A stretch of 64,000 nucleotides of DNA from Terriglobia bacterium. GTDB taxonomy: Bacteria; Acidobacteriota; Terriglobia; UBA7540. This document shows positions 28,295 to 38,167 of this stretch, piece by piece. The stretch covers positions 6,106 through 70,105 of the forward strand of contig JBEKQO010000002.1 in assembly GCA_049519635.1 (NCBI GenBank), read 5' to 3'. The notes under the pieces were generated by a model. That model had not been told where the DNA came from. It made no database searches and worked only from the letters and a program-made list of their open reading frames with translations. Position 1 is the first letter of the stretch. The number at the start of each line of letters is the position of its first letter. Position numbers and translations under genes: made by a program.

Positions 28295-29899
28295 CTACGG
28301 ACGGACATACAAGAAGAGCTTGTGCAAAACGCCATCGTGGGAGAGGACTTCCACAGTTTTTGTGGGTTCCCAACCCGACACTGCGAAGTCATGGGAAACG
28401 ACACGCGCACCGGAGCGGAGCTGCTCTTCCAGCATCGGACGCAACATCGTGTTGACAAAGGTTAACAGGTAAAGGGTGACGACCGTTGCCTCCCGGACGC
28501 TGACGTTGAACATGTTCTCATGGATGATTCGAGCCCGTTCTGTGAGCCCCAGCTCCTTAATGCGGTCCTCCGACTGGTTAAAGAGGTCCGAATCCAGCTC
28601 GACCCCCACCGCACGCGCTCCGAAATCCTTGGCTGCAGTAATCACGATGCGGCCATCTCCCGATCCCAGATCGTAGACAACGTCCTCCGGTTGGACCTTG
28701 GCCAATTCCAACATATTCACGACAATCTCCTGCGGGGTTGTGACGTAGGGAGCACTGTGTTCCAAGGAACTGGCTAGCGGCGCTTGCTCAGAAGCCGGCT
28801 GTCCTTGGGCAAGCCCGGCTTGGGCCGCTTCTGTTCTTCCCGGGGGTGTCAGCCCTGCCTTTACCGCCCCGACGTCCCATACTCTCACCGTGTGATCCCC
28901 GCTGCCTGTCGCCAGGCGCGTGCCGTCAGAACTCCAGTCCACGCTTAAAACGGAAGCTGTGTGGCCGCTCAAAGTTTGCAATACGCTGCCGCTCGCCGCG
29001 TCCCACACCTTCACCTCACGATCCACGCTTCCCGTCGCCAGACGCGTGCCGTCCGGGCTCCAGGCCACGCTCAAGACAAAGCCCTTGTGGCCGGTGAGAG
29101 TCATTAGTTCCTCGCCGCTGCCGGAGTCCCAAACCTCCACAATGTGCTCCTCATTGGCTATGGCCAGGCGCCGCCCATCCCGACTCCAGGCCACGCTAAA
29201 AAGGCGAGCATTGGTGCCGCGGAGAGTCAGCAAGGGTTTGCCGCTGCTCGCGTCCCACACCTTCGTTGTGCCATCCCAACTCGCCGTCGCCAGCCGCTTG
29301 CCGTCTGGGCTCCAGGCCACACTCCACACATAGTCGGTGTGGCCGCTCAGGGTTATCAGGAGCTTTCCGCTGCCGGCGTCCCACACTTTCGCAGTGTTGT
29401 CTCTGCTCGCCGTTGCCAAGCGCTTGCCGTCCGGGCTCCAGGCCACGCCCTGGACAGAGTCGCCGTGGCCGGTTAGGGTCAGCAATTCCCTGCCGGTCGC
29501 CGCGTCCCACACCTTCGCCGTGCGGTCCTCGCTCCCGGTCAGCAGCCGTTTACCGTCCGGACTCCAGGCCACGCTCCAAACAAAATCACGGTGCCCGCCC
29601 AAGGTCAGGACTTCCTTGCCGCTGTCGGCGTCCCACACCTTAGCCGTGTTGTCGGCACTCGCCGTCGCCAGCCGCTTGCCGTCCGGGCTCCAGGCCACGC
29701 TGAGAATCTGGTCGCGATGTTCCATCGGGGAAAGCGGAATTTCCTTCCCCGGCAAGGGAGCCATCGCCGAAACGGCAAGGGCCAGCATCAGCACGGCCCT
29801 CCGTCCTAAGACCCGCCACCAAGCACACTTCGAGTGGCCCGCCTGCTTTTTTGTGAACCCCCTTTCTTGCTCGACTCTCTTTGCGACTTCTTCCGACAC
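28295..29899 (-). CDS. WD40 (7-blade) - class I SAM-methyltransferase fusion protein with an N-terminal signal/anchor
   Basis: Seven 42-aa units '...SVAWSPDGKRLATAS.D.TAKVWDA.SGK.L.TL.GH'. The C-terminal 'VVYDLGSGDGRIVITAAKDFGARAVGVELD' is a SAM-binding motif I. The hydrophobic segment AVLMLALAVSAMAPL follows basic residues. Confidence 0.85.
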   Translation of the reverse strand: MSEEVAKRVEQERGFTKKQAGHSKCAWWRVLGRRAVLMLALAVSAMAPLPGKEIPLSPMEHRDQILSVAWSPDGKRLATASADNTAKVWDADSGKEVLTLGGHRDFVWSVAWSPDGKRLLTGSEDRTAKVWDAATGRELLTLTGHGDSVQGVAWSPDGKRLATASRDNTAKVWDAGSGKLLITLSGHTDYVWSVAWSPDGKRLATASWDGTTKVWDASSGKPLLTLRGTNARLFSVAWSRDGRRLAIANEEHIVEVWDSGSGEELMTLTGHKGFVLSVAWSPDGTRLATGSVDREVKVWDAASGSVLQTLSGHTASVLSVDWSSDGTRLATGSGDHTVRVWDVGAVKAGLTPPGRTEAAQAGLAQGQPASEQAPLASSLEHSAPYVTTPQEIVVNMLELAKVQPEDVVYDLGSGDGRIVITAAKDFGARAVGVELDSDLFNQSEDRIKELGLTERARIIHENMFNVSVREATVVTLYLLTFVNTMLRPMLEEQLRSGARVVSHDFAVSGWEPTKTVEVLSHDGVLHKLFLYVRP

Positions 29900-29967
29900 T
29901 TTTTCACCTTAAGCGGAGGCTATTTCCACAACGGGCTGCTAGGGCTGCACGTGGTACCGCTGCCCGC

Positions 29968-30202
29968 TAACCCGGATTTCTCACCACGACTCTGGAAGGG
30001 CGGGGCTTTACAGGCTGCGGAAGAACTCGAAAGCGGTGTCATTTCTGAGGAGCAGCGGCGACGAAGAATCTCGCAGTGCCTTGAAAACACTCAGAGCGAG
30101 ATCCTTCGCTTCGCTCAGGATGACAGCATTGGCGGGTTTTTCCGCAGCCTGTAAAGCCCCGCCCTTCCGGCATCGTCCAAACGTGGTGAGAAGTCCGGGC
30201 TA
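29968..30202. repeat. Family-A composite palindromic element with a B-type core
   Basis: Arms TAACCCGGATTTCTCACCACGACTCTGGAAGGGCGGGGCTTTACAGGCTGCGG... Core GTCATTTCTGAGGAGCAGCGGCGACGAAGAATCTCGC...GCGAGATCCTTCGCTTCGCTCAGGATGACAGC. Confidence 0.9.
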
Positions 30203-30262
30203 AGCGCATGGAGTACGACCCAAAGTGCGCCATCTTGACATGACAATTTGTCCCCATCTTTG

Positions 30263-30424
30263 TTTTCATCAACATACCCGGTTGGACCTTCAATTTATGA
30301 CTTCTCTCGCACCCTACACCCAAAGCTCGCCACCTAATATTACACCCAGCTCCTAACACCTCGCACCTGACACCTGAAAACCGACCCTTCTTTTTTTTCA
30401 TCAACATACCCGGGTGGACCTTCA
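30263..30424. repeat. Two 30-bp direct repeats 132 bp apart
   Basis: TTTTCATCAACATACCCGGTTGGACCTTCA (30263-30292) and the same with one mismatch (30395-30424). Confidence 0.8.
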
Positions 30425-30431
30425 TATTCGG

Positions 30432-33431
30432 TCATGCGGCCGTTGGCGGCCGTTGGCATTCGTCGGTATCCGTCAGGCGCAAGCGCACAGTGTTCTTGTA
30501 ACCTGGAGGCAGATTGATGGGCGGGGCGTAGTTCCCCCATGCCAGGTCCGGATACCCCCACAAGTTGTCGATGTGGAAGCGAACCTTACCATCCGGTAGG
30601 ACTTCCGCGCGCACCGCCGCCGTACCATCTGACTCTGCCCTGACGCGTAGATCCGTTCCCGCCAGGACGCACGAAGCGTGCCAGATGTTCTCTTTGAGGC
30701 TGCGGAAATCATGGGTGCCAAGGCCGCCTGGGTCGTCAGGTCCGTAGAGGAAGAAATCCTTTGAGTCTTGCGACCACGGTCCCTTAGGCTCGCGGCGATA
30801 AGTTTCTGCCGGGCCGCCCGGATCCCTCAGCGCCATTCCCTGGGGGCGTCCGATGTGATCGGAAGGATAGGCAGACCAAAGGGCTTTTCGATCCCACGTG
30901 AGGCGGTTGATAGAGCGAGAAAGCGTGAAGGTGATTCCCACCTCACTCATATCCTTGGGTTGGCCGCGAAGCGCGTACTGTGTAGTCATCAGGCCCTGAC
31001 CGTCAAGCCTGATTTCAAATTCCACCCCCAGAACATCGCCGCCACCGTTACGCGCCATGTAAGCCCCGGCCATATTGATGACTGCCGCGTCCGGCGTGGT
31101 CGAGTGACTCATGCTTGTCATCCACCAGGGAGGCAGGGAATCTGACCCAAGGTTCACAAAGGGTCCACTTTCAATAATCCGCTTGCCGCGAAATGTCCCC
31201 TCCGCGATGAGTCCCGTCACTTTGCTAAAAACCACAGTGAAATCCGAACCTTGAACGGTAAGGGATCGCGCATCTTCCGCTATCTTCGGCGCCGGGCCCT
31301 TTTCATCCGAAAAATTGGCCGTTCGCTTTCCAATTCTGAGGTTGAACTCGTCAACAAGCATTCCACCCGCGCGCATAAACTTCAGATTTAGGACCTCCCC
31401 AGCTTGCCAACCACGGCCAGCGACGCTGAGTGAGCCCTCCCCTCCCGGACCAAGATTTACGCCGTGGATTTCGCCGGAAACTTTCCCCACTGTCCAAACG
31501 ATTTTAAGTTCCCCCAGGTTGGTGTGGTTGAACCAATTCTTTACGGGAATCTCCAGCGGGATACCTGCGCCCGGCGGGTTCGGAATCTCTCCGTCAATAA
31601 TGCGCACCGGCGAATAGGCTTTCTTAGTCAGCCAATATTCGGGTTTGGGCCGGCGCCATCCATCGACAATTCCCCACTCGCCATAACCCACGGGTGCTCG
31701 CGGCAACATGAAGACCTCTTCAAAGCCGGCCCAGATCGCTCCGCCCAGGCAGCCGTCAGCGGCATAACAGTTCTCCCAGAACTGTTTTATGCTGCGCCCA
31801 TAGAAATTTCTGACCCCCGGATCACGCATCAAAGTTTCATGGTTGTAGCAGGAAATGTGCGCGTATTCGTCGTTGAGTTTGGGGAAATCCTTGCTGGTCA
31901 AATCGCCGTCCACCTGGGGATAGTGTTCGCTCAAGAGGTCGAAGCCATCCACCCCTTCGGGGACAGTGCGGGGATAACTGAAAATGATCGGCCGGGTGGT
32001 GTCCTCTTTTTTCGCGTAGTCGTGTTCCTTTTGGAAATTCGACCCCCACGCGCTCTCGTTCCCTAGCGACCAGAAAATCACCGACGGGTGGCTGCGGTCC
32101 CTTTCGATCATTTCAGCAAATTGGTTCATGTAGCGGGAGGTGAATTTCGGATCGGACTCAGATCCCCCACCCGTAACCGACCATTCCTGCTGGACGAAAC
32201 ACACCGCCGACTCTTCTTCCACATAAATTCCATGCCGGTCGCAAGCTTCCAAAAAGCTCTCCGTCGGGGGGTAGTGCGATGTCCTGACGAAATTGACGTT
32301 GCCGTCACGCAGTAGGATGGCATCTTTCTCATCCTGCTCAGGGAATGTCACCCTGCCCCCCAGCGGGTGAGTATCATGCCGGCACACGCCGCGCAGCTTC
32401 ACGGCGTCCCCGTTGACGTACAGCTTATTCTTTCGCCGCTCGACTTGGCGGAACCCAAACTGTTTTTCCAACTTCTCCACGATTGTTTTATGAACCATCA
32501 ACTCCGCTCCGAGGGTGTAGAGGTTCGGATGTTCGGCGTCCCATTTCATGGGCGAAGAGACGGGAATCTCGATGGACACTTCCCGCTTGTCATCGGGAAA
32601 GGCCACTGAATTCGGGCTTAGGGGAAGGCTCTTCCCCTCCGGGTCCAGCAAATGCAGGCTCAGTTTGGAGTCGCGGCCGCCTGGGGTCACCAGGCCCGCC
32701 ATGACCTTCAACCGCGCATCCTTAAACGAGGAATCGAAATCTGTTTCCACGTGCAGCCGCGAAACGTGGACGGCAGGCAAAACCACCAGCTTCACACCGC
32801 GCAAGATTCCGCCAATGTAGTGCTTGGCATAATTGCTGGCGTAAGAAATCTCATCCGCGCGGTCGGTTACTCCCACCGTGATCACAGCGGTTTGGCCGGG
32901 GGTTACGTGCTCAGTGATGTTGCAATCCCACGAAGTGAACCCGCCATGATGCTCCCGCACAAACTTCCCGTTCACCCACACCCGCGCGTAGCTGTAAACG
33001 CCGTCAAATCGAATTAAAACTGTCTTGCCGGTTGCCGCGTCGGGAATTTGCACGGCCCGTTTATAGGCGCATTCGTTATCCCTGGCGAATTCGATTCCCT
33101 GGGCCGTGAGTTCCCCCGGCACCGTGATATCGGCCCAGCCGGCAGGAACGGTTCCAAGCTCCCAAAACTCCGCCCGAGGGGAGGTCGCGAGTTTCCAGGT
33201 CCCTCCCAAGTCAACGATAGGTTGCGGGACGCCCGCCACCTCTTTCGGTAGCGGGACAAGCACAGGTCGGGGCCACTTTCCGCCGGCTTCCGAAACTCCT
33301 TGAGCGGTCGATATCCCCGCATCAGAGAGCGAAGAACCATGCAGCCTTCCCAGAATCTCCCTGCCTGAGATTGCCCAAGTTGACGAGATTGCTGATGTGC
33401 CCAGGGTTTTCACGAACCTTCGTCGATTCAT
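30432..33431 (-). CDS. Glycoside hydrolase family 2 (beta-galactosidase/beta-mannosidase-like), Tat-exported
   Basis: Start MNRRRFVKTLG (twin-arginine) with GAAGGAG upstream. GH2 blocks 'NFVRTSHYPP', 'GIYVEEE', 'HPSVIFWSLGNES' and 'EYAH'. Confidence 0.9.
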   Translation of the reverse strand: MNRRRFVKTLGTSAISSTWAISGREILGRLHGSSLSDAGISTAQGVSEAGGKWPRPVLVPLPKEVAGVPQPIVDLGGTWKLATSPRAEFWELGTVPAGWADITVPGELTAQGIEFARDNECAYKRAVQIPDAATGKTVLIRFDGVYSYARVWVNGKFVREHHGGFTSWDCNITEHVTPGQTAVITVGVTDRADEISYASNYAKHYIGGILRGVKLVVLPAVHVSRLHVETDFDSSFKDARLKVMAGLVTPGGRDSKLSLHLLDPEGKSLPLSPNSVAFPDDKREVSIEIPVSSPMKWDAEHPNLYTLGAELMVHKTIVEKLEKQFGFRQVERRKNKLYVNGDAVKLRGVCRHDTHPLGGRVTFPEQDEKDAILLRDGNVNFVRTSHYPPTESFLEACDRHGIYVEEESAVCFVQQEWSVTGGGSESDPKFTSRYMNQFAEMIERDRSHPSVIFWSLGNESAWGSNFQKEHDYAKKEDTTRPIIFSYPRTVPEGVDGFDLLSEHYPQVDGDLTSKDFPKLNDEYAHISCYNHETLMRDPGVRNFYGRSIKQFWENCYAADGCLGGAIWAGFEEVFMLPRAPVGYGEWGIVDGWRRPKPEYWLTKKAYSPVRIIDGEIPNPPGAGIPLEIPVKNWFNHTNLGELKIVWTVGKVSGEIHGVNLGPGGEGSLSVAGRGWQAGEVLNLKFMRAGGMLVDEFNLRIGKRTANFSDEKGPAPKIAEDARSLTVQGSDFTVVFSKVTGLIAEGTFRGKRIIESGPFVNLGSDSLPPWWMTSMSHSTTPDAAVINMAGAYMARNGGGDVLGVEFEIRLDGQGLMTTQYALRGQPKDMSEVGITFTLSRSINRLTWDRKALWSAYPSDHIGRPQGMALRDPGGPAETYRREPKGPWSQDSKDFFLYGPDDPGGLGTHDFRSLKENIWHASCVLAGTDLRVRAESDGTAAVRAEVLPDGKVRFHIDNLWGYPDLAWGNYAPPINLPPGYKNTVRLRLTDTDECQRPPTAA

Positions 33432-33977
33432 ATGGTGAATCTCCTTCGACGCAGGGGGGGGCTCGGTTCCGGAGCGGATCAACTCGCAATGGCAGCGGCT
33501 TTATGCCGCCATTTGGCGAGGTAAACTAGCCGCTGGAACATCACATTGACCCACCATCTCTCTTCCCCCTCGCGAAACCTAAATCAGTCAGAATCTTTTC
33601 GGCTTCGAGATGGTCTGGCGAAATCCTACCAGAAAATCATGTTGAGAATGATAACCATACCTGATACGGCGAGCGCCCAAAGAGCGGGCGGCTCATACCA
33701 GGGTAGGCGCTGAATGTGCCCAACCGGGCTCAGTTGGTAAACAAGACCCACCCGATCTTCGTCCTTTTTGGCGGGGGTGAAAGGAATGCAGGGTCAGGGT
33801 AACGACAAGGCTGGAGACCAGACAAAACTGGCCAGATGAAAATTGGCTGCCAGGGAACTGTGGTAATGAAGGATTTTGCGGCGGGGAAGCAAGTAGTGCG
33901 TCACGGCCCCCAGGGTTCCGTCAAAGTCGCGGGCGTCGCCTACCGCTATGGCCACGCATGCATCACCCGCGACGAAA

Positions 33978-34093
33978 CCCCTCACCCCCCGCCTTGCGGT
34001 CCCCCCTCTCCCCAAGGGAGAGAGACAAAAATCAAAATCACTGCCCTCTCCCCAAGGGAGAGAGTGCCCGACGGAGGAGGGCAGGTGAGGGGG
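33978..34093. repeat. Family-G palindromic element
   Basis: CCCCTCACC...CGCCTTGCGGTCCCCCCTCTCCCCAAGGGAGAGAG...CCCTCTCCCCAAGGGAGAGAG...GGTGAGGGG. It shares the 20-mer CGCCTTGCGGTCCCCCCTC.CCCC with 55730-55760. Confidence 0.7.
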
Positions 34094-34209
34094 CCCTTCG
34101 AAGCCCATTAGACTTTGACGGTGCCCTGTCACGGCCCCGTGGCCGCAGCCCATCTCCTGCCCAATCTGAGAAAAAGCGAGCGGAGGCTCGACCTTGGAAC
34201 GCGTTCACC

Positions 34210-35064
34210 TCACAAAGACGATTCGTTCTCAGCGAGGTACATGATCCCCATCCGGTAAAGTTCCTGGGAGGGCGCCTTGGAACAGTGGACCACGCGAGCG
34301 TCGACAAAAACGTTCACGGCCCGGGGTAAATACGGAACCGCGACTTGGATGTAGGAACCGGAGGGGTAGTGCCGGCTGCTGGTGAAACACAGCCCGCCGT
34401 GGGAAATGTCCACGGTAGTTTCCACGTCGTCGTGCCGCCCAGCCTGGCGAACGCAGACGGGTATCGCTTCCGCCACCCGGCGATGCCTCCGCTTGTCCTT
34501 GGCTAGTGGGGGAGGCCCGACCGCGAGCCGGGTGGGATTCGCCGGCCCTGACTCTGGTGGTTTCATCGTCTCTTGCGGCAACTCCAGCCAAATCGTCGCC
34601 TTCCCGCACATGGCGCAATTGAGGGAAAGCTGCCGATGGGTGTTGTAGGCCGCCAGCTTGACCGGATCAAGGTGAACGATCTTGCGCGTCCCGCAGACCT
34701 GGCAGCCAAGCAGGGCTCGCCCGGCAGTGTCACGGTCCGAGGGTAAGGGTGGAAAATAAATGTCCCAGAAACCCACCGCGGGTTTCCGGAACGCCACACT
34801 GAATATTTGCAGTTCTGACTGATCCCCGGCTTTCCCCACCACCTGGCATTCCTCCAAGCGGGGAAGAGAGGTCCGCTGACGGCGGATGATGATCTGCTGA
34901 CCGGGAACGAGCGCGGTCCTCAGCGCAATCCCCGCCCCGTTCTGAGAGACCGTCACGGTGGTGGCGTCTTCGGAAAAGGGTTTTCCGGCAGCGTCCGTTC
35001 CGGAAACTGAAATCGGTAGCGCAATTAAGACGCGATCGCTACGACGTTTGCTGATCTCCTCCAT
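34210..35064 (-). CDS. PilZ - zinc-ribbon - PilZ protein (putative c-di-GMP receptor)
   Basis: N-terminal 'RRSDRVLIALPISVSG' and C-terminal 'RRHRRVAEAIPVCVR...DISHGGLCF' are PilZ-type RxxxR...D/NxSxxG elements. The central CQVCG...CAMCG is a Cys4 ribbon. Confidence 0.7.
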   Translation of the reverse strand: MEEISKRRSDRVLIALPISVSGTDAAGKPFSEDATTVTVSQNGAGIALRTALVPGQQIIIRRQRTSLPRLEECQVVGKAGDQSELQIFSVAFRKPAVGFWDIYFPPLPSDRDTAGRALLGCQVCGTRKIVHLDPVKLAAYNTHRQLSLNCAMCGKATIWLELPQETMKPPESGPANPTRLAVGPPPLAKDKRRHRRVAEAIPVCVRQAGRHDDVETTVDISHGGLCFTSSRHYPSGSYIQVAVPYLPRAVNVFVDARVVHCSKAPSQELYRMGIMYLAENESSL

Positions 35065-35304
35065 AAACGCTTCTCCCGTGAAATCACATCGTACGGCAAG
35101 CCGGACTCAACTTTGCGGTTCTCGCCCTGGAAAAATTACTTTCGCTTGCACCCAAGGGCGTACTAGGGTTTCTTCCATCGGCCTCGTCGGCAGTCCCACC
35201 GGGTTGGATTAGTAAGAGCAGTCACCGATTCTGCCCTTGCTCCAATCGGTCGCCAGATCAGATGGCGGGCGATAGGAGCGACGGCGACGCGCCGCCAGCA
35301 TGGT

Positions 35305-36651
35305 TCACGCCTGGAACACCTTCTGCGCCCAGTCCACCGCTGCCAAGTAAGCGGAGGAGAGTTGCGACTCATCTTGCCGGAGGCTCCTGGCGAGTTCGCC
35401 GACTTCAGTCCATCTCCCCGCTTCGAAAGCCGTGACCAAATTGAGGATTTCCCGGTAGCCGTTGGGCCTTCCCAGGAGGGCGGCTCGGACCGTATCGGGC
35501 AGAGCAATCTCCGACACAATTTCTGCCATCGGCAGGCCCAACATTGCTTCCATCAGCGAGAAAACTCCCAGAAGAAACGTGCCCTGCCGGTCTTTCCGCG
35601 TGTCCAGGTTCGCGGCCAACAGCTCGCAGCAGCGGCCTCGCGTGAGCGCCGTCAGAACCAGTTCGTTGGGCTCATTGCCGGCGATGCCCAGAACCGCCGC
35701 TACCGACGCCCATTTCGTCAGCGCGCGATCGCCGAGCAGTTCCAGCGCCTGCCGCGTGGAACCGATATCGCGCCGGAAGCCCAAAAGGGCCGAGTTCACA
35801 AATCGCAGCAGCTTATAGCAAAGCGAGACCTCACGGTCAATCAGTGCCACGATTTCGGTCCGGTCCAATTCCGGTTTGCTGATCGCCTGCAGGATGCGCA
35901 GGTAGTGAAGCTTGAAGGCCGGAATGTGACGGCTGGGGACAATCTGTGGCTCGCAAAAAAAATAGCCCTGGAAGTAAAGATAGCCGCTGTCGCGAGCTTC
36001 GGCGAATTCGGCGCGCGTTTCCACCTTTTCCGCCAGCAGTTGGATCCCGCCCGGCGAGAATTTGGCCACCGCTTGCTGCCTGTCGCCCGGCCCCGAAAGC
36101 TTGAAATCGACCTTGATTATGTTGGCCAGATCGACAAAGGGTTGGAATTTCTCGGCATAAACAAAATCGTCCAGGGCGATGACGTAGCCCAGGGCTTTTA
36201 ATCTTCGGCAGGCAGCGAGCACTTCGGCGTCGGGCTCAACCGTCTCGAGAATCTCGATAATGGTCTCCTCTTTAGAAAGAAGGGTGGCATACTCGTTCAC
36301 AAGAAACTGGCGGGTGCAGTTTAGAAAGGCTTTTCGACCGGCGGTAAGCGTCCTCGCGCCGATGGTGAGGATGTTGTCAGCCACGTCGCGCGCCGCGGCG
36401 TCGCCGTCGCTTGCGGTATAGCGGTTTTCCAGCCCCGAACGAAAAAGGAGTTCGTAACCGTAGACCTGTTCGCGGCGATTAAAAATCGGCTGCCGCGCGA
36501 CGAAGCGTGTTGGACCGGAAGCGGCGAAAGGCGATTCGGGCGATGTCGTAAAGGAGTCCACGTAGCGCTTATCGGCACTTTTATCGCAATAATAAGCAAC
36601 CTCGGCGCGGTGACGCTTGCCGTGGGACGCGAGGGGCAAATGCCGTCCCAT
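35305..36651 (-). CDS. EAL-HDOD domain protein (c-di-GMP phosphodiesterase-like)
   Basis: 'FVARQPIFNRREQVYGYELLFRSG', 'IALDDF', 'IKVDF' and 'LAEKVET' (EAL), then an HDOD-like C-terminal half. The start is uncertain: ATG 36651, TTG 36684 or GTG about 36556. Confidence 0.85.
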   Translation of the reverse strand: MGRHLPLASHGKRHRAEVAYYCDKSADKRYVDSFTTSPESPFAASGPTRFVARQPIFNRREQVYGYELLFRSGLENRYTASDGDAAARDVADNILTIGARTLTAGRKAFLNCTRQFLVNEYATLLSKEETIIEILETVEPDAEVLAACRRLKALGYVIALDDFVYAEKFQPFVDLANIIKVDFKLSGPGDRQQAVAKFSPGGIQLLAEKVETRAEFAEARDSGYLYFQGYFFCEPQIVPSRHIPAFKLHYLRILQAISKPELDRTEIVALIDREVSLCYKLLRFVNSALLGFRRDIGSTRQALELLGDRALTKWASVAAVLGIAGNEPNELVLTALTRGRCCELLAANLDTRKDRQGTFLLGVFSLMEAMLGLPMAEIVSEIALPDTVRAALLGRPNGYREILNLVTAFEAGRWTEVGELARSLRQDESQLSSAYLAAVDWAQKVFQA

Positions 36652-36839
36652 GATGCCCAAATACTGGATGCCCCTGAAATACAATGGGTTAGAAGACCTT
36701 GCCCGAGCGGGCGCGCCAACCCGGCCGCCATGAATAAACTCGCGTATGTGCTAAAAGAATCAAACAGTTTGGCCGGCTATTTTCTCCATAGCGGGCCCCC
36801 ACTGGGCGTGCGGCGACAAACTTCAAATTCTCTTGTCAT

Positions 36840-37200
36840 TAGTCCGGACTTCTCACCAAGGGTTTGGAAGGGCAGGGCTTTCGCCCGCATTTCCCACCAA
36901 ACCGGGACCATTTTGGGGCTGCTGGAAGGGCGGGGCTTCACCGGCTGCAGAAAAAATGTCCTCGGCGTACAACCACCCCGGCGCCCAAGGCGCCACCCCT
37001 CCTGAATCAGGAGGCGAGTTATTGAAAACGCTCTCCTCCTCAGGCGAGGAGGGGTGGCGCGCCGAGCGCCGGGGTGGTGCTGACAGTGCTTGCGCCAAGC
37101 GCCACAGAGTTTTTGCGCGGCCTGTTCAGCCGCGCCGAAATCGCGGCTCCCACTCTCTGTTTGTCCCACGCCTCGCGCAGGCTGCTGCAGCAAGCTTGCA
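36840..37200. repeat. Family-A element with a D-type core, degenerate
   Basis: Left arm TAGTCCGGACTTCTCACCAAGGGTTTGGAAGGGCAGGGC. The D core at 36972-37079 reads ...CACCCCGGCGCCCAAGGCGCCACCCCTCCTGAATCAGGAGG...GGAGGGGTGGCGCGCCGAGCGCCGGGGTGG. Confidence 0.7.
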
Positions 37201-37315
37201 CGGATATAGGCCACTTCATCGAGTAGGCCGTTAACCAGGGGGAGAGCCCATTTAGGTAATGACGGGAACAGTCACCCGTCTTCGCGGTTATGAACAGGAC
37301 TCAAGGGCGGCCCGG

Positions 37316-37723
37316 TCAGCGCCGTTTCTTGCTTTCGTTCTGCGCGACCCGTACCTTCACCATTTTCTTAACGAGTGCAGCGGGCAGTGGCTTGTCCGTG
37401 GGGAAGCGAATCGTCCCCTTGGATATGGAGTAGCCCTTAAGTTGGTTTTTAAACGCTTCGATAACCGAGGCGGTGGGGAAAAAACTGCAGTGGTTCGAAA
37501 ACGCGGCGAACCACACCAGGACTCCTTCGTACTTGAACGCAGGCATCCGATAACTGAGGGTTTCAGTAGCCTCCGGTGGCACAGCGGACCGAATCGCGGT
37601 GCGAATCTTGTGCAAGGTGCTGCGGGCAGGTTCCGGGACTCGAGCAAGGTATTCGTCAACAGTTTTCGGAGCACCGTGGCCTTTTGCCGTAAAACCGCGA
37701 TTGCCCGGTTTCATTTTTTTCAT
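37316..37723 (-). CDS. DUF1801/YdhG-like protein
   Basis: 'VDEYLARVPEPARSTLHKIRTAIRSAVPPEATETLSYRMPAFKYEGVLVWFAAFSNHCSFFP' matches the YdhG-like pattern as I recall it. Confidence 0.7.
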   Translation of the reverse strand: MKKMKPGNRGFTAKGHGAPKTVDEYLARVPEPARSTLHKIRTAIRSAVPPEATETLSYRMPAFKYEGVLVWFAAFSNHCSFFPTASVIEAFKNQLKGYSISKGTIRFPTDKPLPAALVKKMVKVRVAQNESKKRR

Positions 37724-38167
37724 GTGGGCAATACTACAAGAACTTCCACTTCAAATCCATAGCCCAGACCACCGTGCAGCAAACGTCGTGCGGACCTGTT
37801 TTGTAGGTCTGCGGCACTTGGGCCCGGCTGGATAGAAATGCCGCAGACATTGAAAAGCATGGCCAATCCCCCTTGGCAATTGGCCGCGGGTTCGTTAGCG
37901 AAGGAAAAACTCACGGTCACGAGAGCGCTCGCCGGGCTTGTATCTTCCCACTTGCTGCCAGCACCGCATCGGCGAAGTTGCGCGCGGAAAATCATAGCCG
38001 CGTCGCCGCTGCGGTCCTTATGCGCGGATGTGCGATCCCGCATCTGCCTTGACGCTTCCGCACCGCAGTGAGACACTACCCGCAGTCGTTGGAGGAGAGG
38101 GACCTGCAGCGCGATGGCAGGTCGGATGCACTCTCCCGGCGTATTTGAGGCGAAGATGGGGGTATCC

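Noticed and set aside
33590-33720. Minus-strand frame ending in a hydrophobic tail (...LPWYEPPALWALAVSGMVIILNMIFW*)
   Set aside because: There is no ATG after the upstream stop, only a GTG giving 41 aa. There is no SD, and the region is repeat-rich. It is probably a gene remnant or chance.
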